Shown here piece by piece: positions 7,105 through 10,358 of a stretch of 10,358 bases of DNA (the first letter of the stretch is position 1; each line of letters opens with the position of its first letter). Both the position numbers and the translations under genes were made by a program. A model generated the notes under the pieces. That model saw only the letters and a program-made list of their open reading frames with translations. It did no database searches and had not been told where the DNA came from. This DNA is from Chthoniobacteraceae bacterium. Its GTDB lineage: Bacteria; Verrucomicrobiota; Verrucomicrobiia; Chthoniobacterales; Chthoniobacteraceae. The stretch covers positions 1 to 10,358 of the forward strand of contig JANNWY010000322.1 in the NCBI GenBank assembly GCA_031409335.1, in the 5' to 3' direction.

Positions 7105-7593
7105 ATGAACGCCACCGCTCATCTCACCGCCGACGACCGCGGCATCCTGATTTCCTGCCCGCAGTGCGACCGCACGAATCGCATTCCCTTCGCGCGGCTA
7201 GACCAGAGCGGCCTTTGCGGAACGTGCAAGACCGCGCTCCCACATCCGTCGCTGCCGGTGGACATCGAATCCGCCACCAGCTTCACCGCGCTCATCCGCG
7301 CCGCCTCGTTGCCTGTGCTCGTGGACTTCTGGGCACCGTGGTGCGGCCCGTGCCAGATGGTCGCGCCGGAAGTCGCAAAACTCGCCACGCTCGCCGCCGG
7401 TGAATTGCTCGTCGTCAAAGTGAACACGGAAGCACAGCCCGGCATCGGCGCGAGCATGGGCATCCGCTCGATTCCCACGTTCGCCGTCTTCACCGCCGGC
7501 CGCGAAGTCGAGCGCACTTCCGGCGCCATGTCCGCGCCCCAACTCCGCGCCTTCGCCCTGCGTGCCGCCAATCAATCGGAGGCCCGTCGATGA
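7105..7593 (+). CDS. trxC: Thioredoxin 2 (N-terminal Zn finger)
   Basis: CPQC...NR....CGTC zinc ribbon plus VLVDFWAPWCGPC and IRSIPT. Confidence 0.92.
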   Translation: MNATAHLTADDRGILISCPQCDRTNRIPFARLDQSGLCGTCKTALPHPSLPVDIESATSFTALIRAASLPVLVDFWAPWCGPCQMVAPEVAKLATLAAGELLVVKVNTEAQPGIGASMGIRSIPTFAVFTAGREVERTSGAMSAPQLRAFALRAANQSEARR

Positions 7594-7754
7594 ACCGCAT
7601 CATCATCGCCATTCTCATCGGCGTCGCGCTTGGATCGGCGCTTGGATATTTCGGCCAGTGCTCCTCCGGCACCTGCCCGCTCACCTCCACCTGGTGGCGC
7701 GGTGCCATCTACGGCGGCGTGATGGGTCTGATCTTCGGTATGAGCGCCAAATGA
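7590..7754 (+). CDS. Small membrane protein, DUF6132-like (54 aa; absent from ORF track)
   Basis: MNRIIIAILIGVALGSALGYFGQCSSGTCPLTSTWWRGAIYGGVMGLIFGMSAK: two TM helices around a C-x4-C-P-L-T-S loop. ATGA overlap with the trxC stop; GGAGG at 7578-7582. Confidence 0.85.
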   Translation: MNRIIIAILIGVALGSALGYFGQCSSGTCPLTSTWWRGAIYGGVMGLIFGMSAK

Positions 7755-7779
7755 ATCAACCACCCACGCACTCGACTTT

Positions 7780-8316
7780 ATGAACGAACCCAACTCCAAA
7801 CCTCTCTGGAATCCTTACGTCGTCGGCGCCGGTATGGGCGTGCTGAGCTGGCTGGCTTTCGCCGTCGTGAACCAACCACTCGGCGTCTCCACCTCGCTCT
7901 CCGCTGCCTCCGGCGCGTGCGCGGTGCCGCTGCTCGGCAGCGAAGCCGTGTGGACCAACGCCTATTGGATCAAGACGCCGTTCAAGTGGGACTACGGGAT
8001 GCTGTTCCTCGTCGGCACCTTCCTCGGCAGCCTCATCAGCACGCTCGTGAGCGGGCGCTTCCGGATCGAGAAAGTGCCCAGCGTCTGGGCCGACTACTTC
8101 GGGCCATCGGTCGCGAAGCGTATGGCTGTGGCTTTCATCGGCGGCATTCTCACGATGTATGGCGCGCGCATGGCCGGCGGTTGCACGAGCGGACACGGCA
8201 TCAGCGGCTCGCTCCAACTCGCGGTCAGTAGCTGGACCTTTTTCCTGACGATGTTCGTCGCCGGAGTCATCACCGCGACGCTCCTGTTCCGCCGCCGCAA
8301 AACCTCCAACGCCTGA
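7780..8316 (+). CDS. YeeE/YedE-family sulfur-compound transporter subunit
   Basis: WNPYVVG, PLGVST and GARMAGGCTSGHGISG motifs. Confidence 0.9.
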   Translation: MNEPNSKPLWNPYVVGAGMGVLSWLAFAVVNQPLGVSTSLSAASGACAVPLLGSEAVWTNAYWIKTPFKWDYGMLFLVGTFLGSLISTLVSGRFRIEKVPSVWADYFGPSVAKRMAVAFIGGILTMYGARMAGGCTSGHGISGSLQLAVSSWTFFLTMFVAGVITATLLFRRRKTSNA

Positions 8317-8323
8317 CTCGACC

Positions 8324-8893
8324 ATGAACCTACCCCTCACCGGTGAAGCCCTGCGCTGGCTCGCCATTCCATTCGGCATCGTCTTCGGCATCCTGCTGCA
8401 TCGCGGCGGCGTGGCGACCTACAACGTCATCGTGAATCAGTTTCGGCTAAAGGATTTCACCGTCCTGAAAATCATGTTCACCGCCGTGATCATCGGCGGC
8501 ATCGGCGTGCTCGCGCTGCACCAGGCCGGCCACGCGACCTACCACATCAAGCCCGCCAACATGCTCGGCGTCTCGCTCGGCGCGGCGCTCTTCGGCATCG
8601 GCATGGTGCTCTACGGCTACTGCCCCGGCACCGGCATCGCCGCGATCGCCACGGGCAGCCTGCACGCGCTCGTCGGGTTCGTGGGCATGCTCGTGGGCGG
8701 CGTGCTTTACGCGCTGAGTTTTGTCTGGATCGAAGCGCATCTGCAAAAAGTCGCCGCGTTCGGGAAGGTGCGTTTGCCCGACATCACCGGCATCCCGGAC
8801 TGGGGCTGGTTTGCCATTCTCGTCGCCATCGCCGCCGTTGTCTTCTGGCTGCTGGAACGTCCCCGCGCCATCGCCACGGAGGCCGCGCGATGA
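8324..8893 (+). CDS. YeeE/YedE-family sulfur-compound transporter subunit (partner half)
   Basis: G..FG.LL..GG...Y..I..QF.L.DFTVLK.M and LFGIG..L.GYCPGT motifs. Confidence 0.9.
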   Translation: MNLPLTGEALRWLAIPFGIVFGILLHRGGVATYNVIVNQFRLKDFTVLKIMFTAVIIGGIGVLALHQAGHATYHIKPANMLGVSLGAALFGIGMVLYGYCPGTGIAAIATGSLHALVGFVGMLVGGVLYALSFVWIEAHLQKVAAFGKVRLPDITGIPDWGWFAILVAIAAVVFWLLERPRAIATEAAR

Positions 8894-8986
8894 AAGCCAC
8901 GCTCGACGAGTTCAGCAAAGGCGGGGTCCCGACGAAAGTCGCACCCTAAACTTCACCCGATGATTGCTTCCAAAACCCACACCACC

Positions 8987-9664
8987 ATGCACCGAATACT
9001 TCCACTTCTCTTTATCTTCGCTGCTCACGCCTTCGCCGAGGAACTCAGCGTCAAGCCCGGCATCAACGACAAGTTCCTCGATCCCGCCCTGAAGGTGGAG
9101 GAATGGACAGAGAAGTTTGAGACGGAGAGCCGCGAGATCTTCCATCAACGGAATCAGATCCTCGCCTCCATCGGATTGAAGCCCGGCATGAAGGTCGCGG
9201 ACATCGGCGCCGGCACGGGGTTGTTCACGCTGCCGTTCGCGAACGCGGTAGGCGCGGAAGGCAAAGTCTATGCCGTCGAGATCGCCCCGGGATTTCTCAC
9301 CCACATCCGCGCCCGCGCGCAGAAGGCGAATGCTGCGAACGTGGAAACTGTCCTCTGCACGGATCGCAGCGTGGAGCTGCCGGAGAACTCCATCGACCTC
9401 GCCTTCATCTGCGACGTGTATCATCACTTCGAGTTCCCGCAGGCCAGCTTGGCGTCGCTCCACAAGGCGCTGAAGCCCGGCGGTGAGATCGTCCTCATCG
9501 ACTTCAAACGCATCCCCGGCGAGAGCAGCGACTTCGTCATGGGCCACGTTCGCGCCGGACAGGAAGTCTTTCAGTCCGAAGTCACGGCCGCTGGATTTGC
9601 CAAGGTCGGCGAAGTGAAGGACGTGCTGAAGGAAAACTACTTCGTCCGGTTCCGTAGGAAGTAA
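8987..9664 (+). CDS. Class I SAM-dependent methyltransferase with predicted signal peptide
   Basis: LKPGMKVADIGAGTG.FT motif I, VYAVEI, DLAFICDVYHHFE and ALKPGG.IVLIDF. The N-terminus MHRILPLLFIFAAHAFA|EE looks like a signal peptide. Alternative start at 8960. Confidence 0.88.
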   Translation: MHRILPLLFIFAAHAFAEELSVKPGINDKFLDPALKVEEWTEKFETESREIFHQRNQILASIGLKPGMKVADIGAGTGLFTLPFANAVGAEGKVYAVEIAPGFLTHIRARAQKANAANVETVLCTDRSVELPENSIDLAFICDVYHHFEFPQASLASLHKALKPGGEIVLIDFKRIPGESSDFVMGHVRAGQEVFQSEVTAAGFAKVGEVKDVLKENYFVRFRRK

Positions 9665-9813
9665 TCACTCACCGGCGGTCTCGGCAGATGGAAGCCCCGC
9701 CACCGCTATGATTGGTCCACAGCCGCGTCTCTGCGGATGAGGAAACCAATCCTAAAAATGCCTGAGAAGATTTCAGCCAAACCATTTCGGGAAAAGGGCT
9801 TTGCAAGCGTGGG

Positions 9814-10068
9814 TTAGGTCGATGAACGCAGGCGAAAGCGGCAATAGATGAACCGCTGCTCCGTCTTCCACGGGGTGACGTGGATTTCGCGGCGTGTTTC
9901 GCAGAGTTCGAAGTCTGCGCCCAACTCGGCGGCGAGCTTCGTCTCATCGTAACGCGCGACAGCGAGGCCGCTGCATTTCTCGGGGCCGTCGTCGGCGAAG
10001 GTGGCGATGATGACGTGACCGCGCGGGATGAGCGCAGACCGCAGCGCGGCCATGTATTTCCGGCGATG
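9814..10068 (-). pseudogene. C-terminal fragment of a class I SAM-dependent methyltransferase, truncated by an IS
   Basis: HRRKYMAALRSALIPRGHVIIATFADDGPEKCSGL.V.RY....L...LG..F.......H.TPW..EQ.F.Y..F resembles the C-terminal half of a widespread methyltransferase family. The SAM-binding motif I is missing, and similarity ends at the IS-like end at 10069. Confidence 0.75.
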
Positions 10069-10358
10069 TGAGGTGGACCCCGGAATCCGGCCAGGGTTGC
10101 TGGTAATTAAGCTATGGCGGGGTGGCGTGTGAGAGTGGTGGATGATTCGGGGATTGAGGTCAATACGGGAGCTGCTTTGTGGGTGGTTCTGCCGTGGGGG
10201 CTCCGTTTTTTTGCCCGGGACCGGAGGGCGGAAAGAGCCTCGGCGCGTCGCGGTGCGGCTCGCAGCCGCCCGGAGTGGAGGAGCAAAAAAGCGGATGCAA
10301 AATCCCTCCCTGCCTTGTTCGGGTTTGCGCTTGGGGTCGGGTTCATGCCGCGGTTTTC
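10069..10358 (-). mobile_element. Right end of a probable IS3-family insertion sequence (partial)
   Basis: TGAGGTGGACCCCGGAATCCGGCCA resembles IS3-family terminal inverted repeats (TG start, CCCC run, GnCA). It coincides with the gene truncation. A - strand frame open from the window edge (ENRG-MNPT...PAIA*) stops at 10107, just inside the IR, as a transposase tail would. No transposase core is visible in the window. Confidence 0.6.

Noticed and set aside
9710..9751. Terminator between the convergent methyltransferases (GATTGGT...ACCAATC)
   Set aside because: Interrupted stem with no adjacent U-tract on +; too weak to call.
1..10358. CRISPR arrays, tRNA or rRNA genes
   Set aside because: No regularly spaced direct repeats or recognisable stable-RNA signatures were seen.

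Overview
GC-rich bacterial DNA, probably from the PVC superphylum (Verrucomicrobia-like; inferred from C/A-rich, mostly Shine-Dalgarno-less start contexts). The core (1061-9664, all + strand) is a reactive-sulfur/sulfide detoxification island. It has an ArsR-family repressor with a C-terminal CxxxC, an ICMT/PEMT-type membrane methyltransferase and a DUF302 protein. A second promoter then drives a long operon: YgaP-like rhodanese-DUF2892, CstB-like persulfide dioxygenase-rhodanese fusion, TauE/SafE exporter, type II-like sulfide:quinone oxidoreductase, signal-peptide DsrE protein, Zn-finger thioredoxin (TrxC), a 54-aa DUF6132-like membrane protein missing from the ORF track, two YeeE/YedE half-transporters and a signal-peptide class I SAM methyltransferase. 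At the left edge are two diverged (~85% identical) 5'-truncated copies of a phage major-capsid-like gene joined back-to-back in inverted orientation; the + copy ends in a strong terminator with no further phage genes. At the right edge a third methyltransferase is truncated by a probable IS3-family element whose terminal region can fold into a multi-branch RNA structure. All family calls come from motif recognition by eye; no database searches were run.
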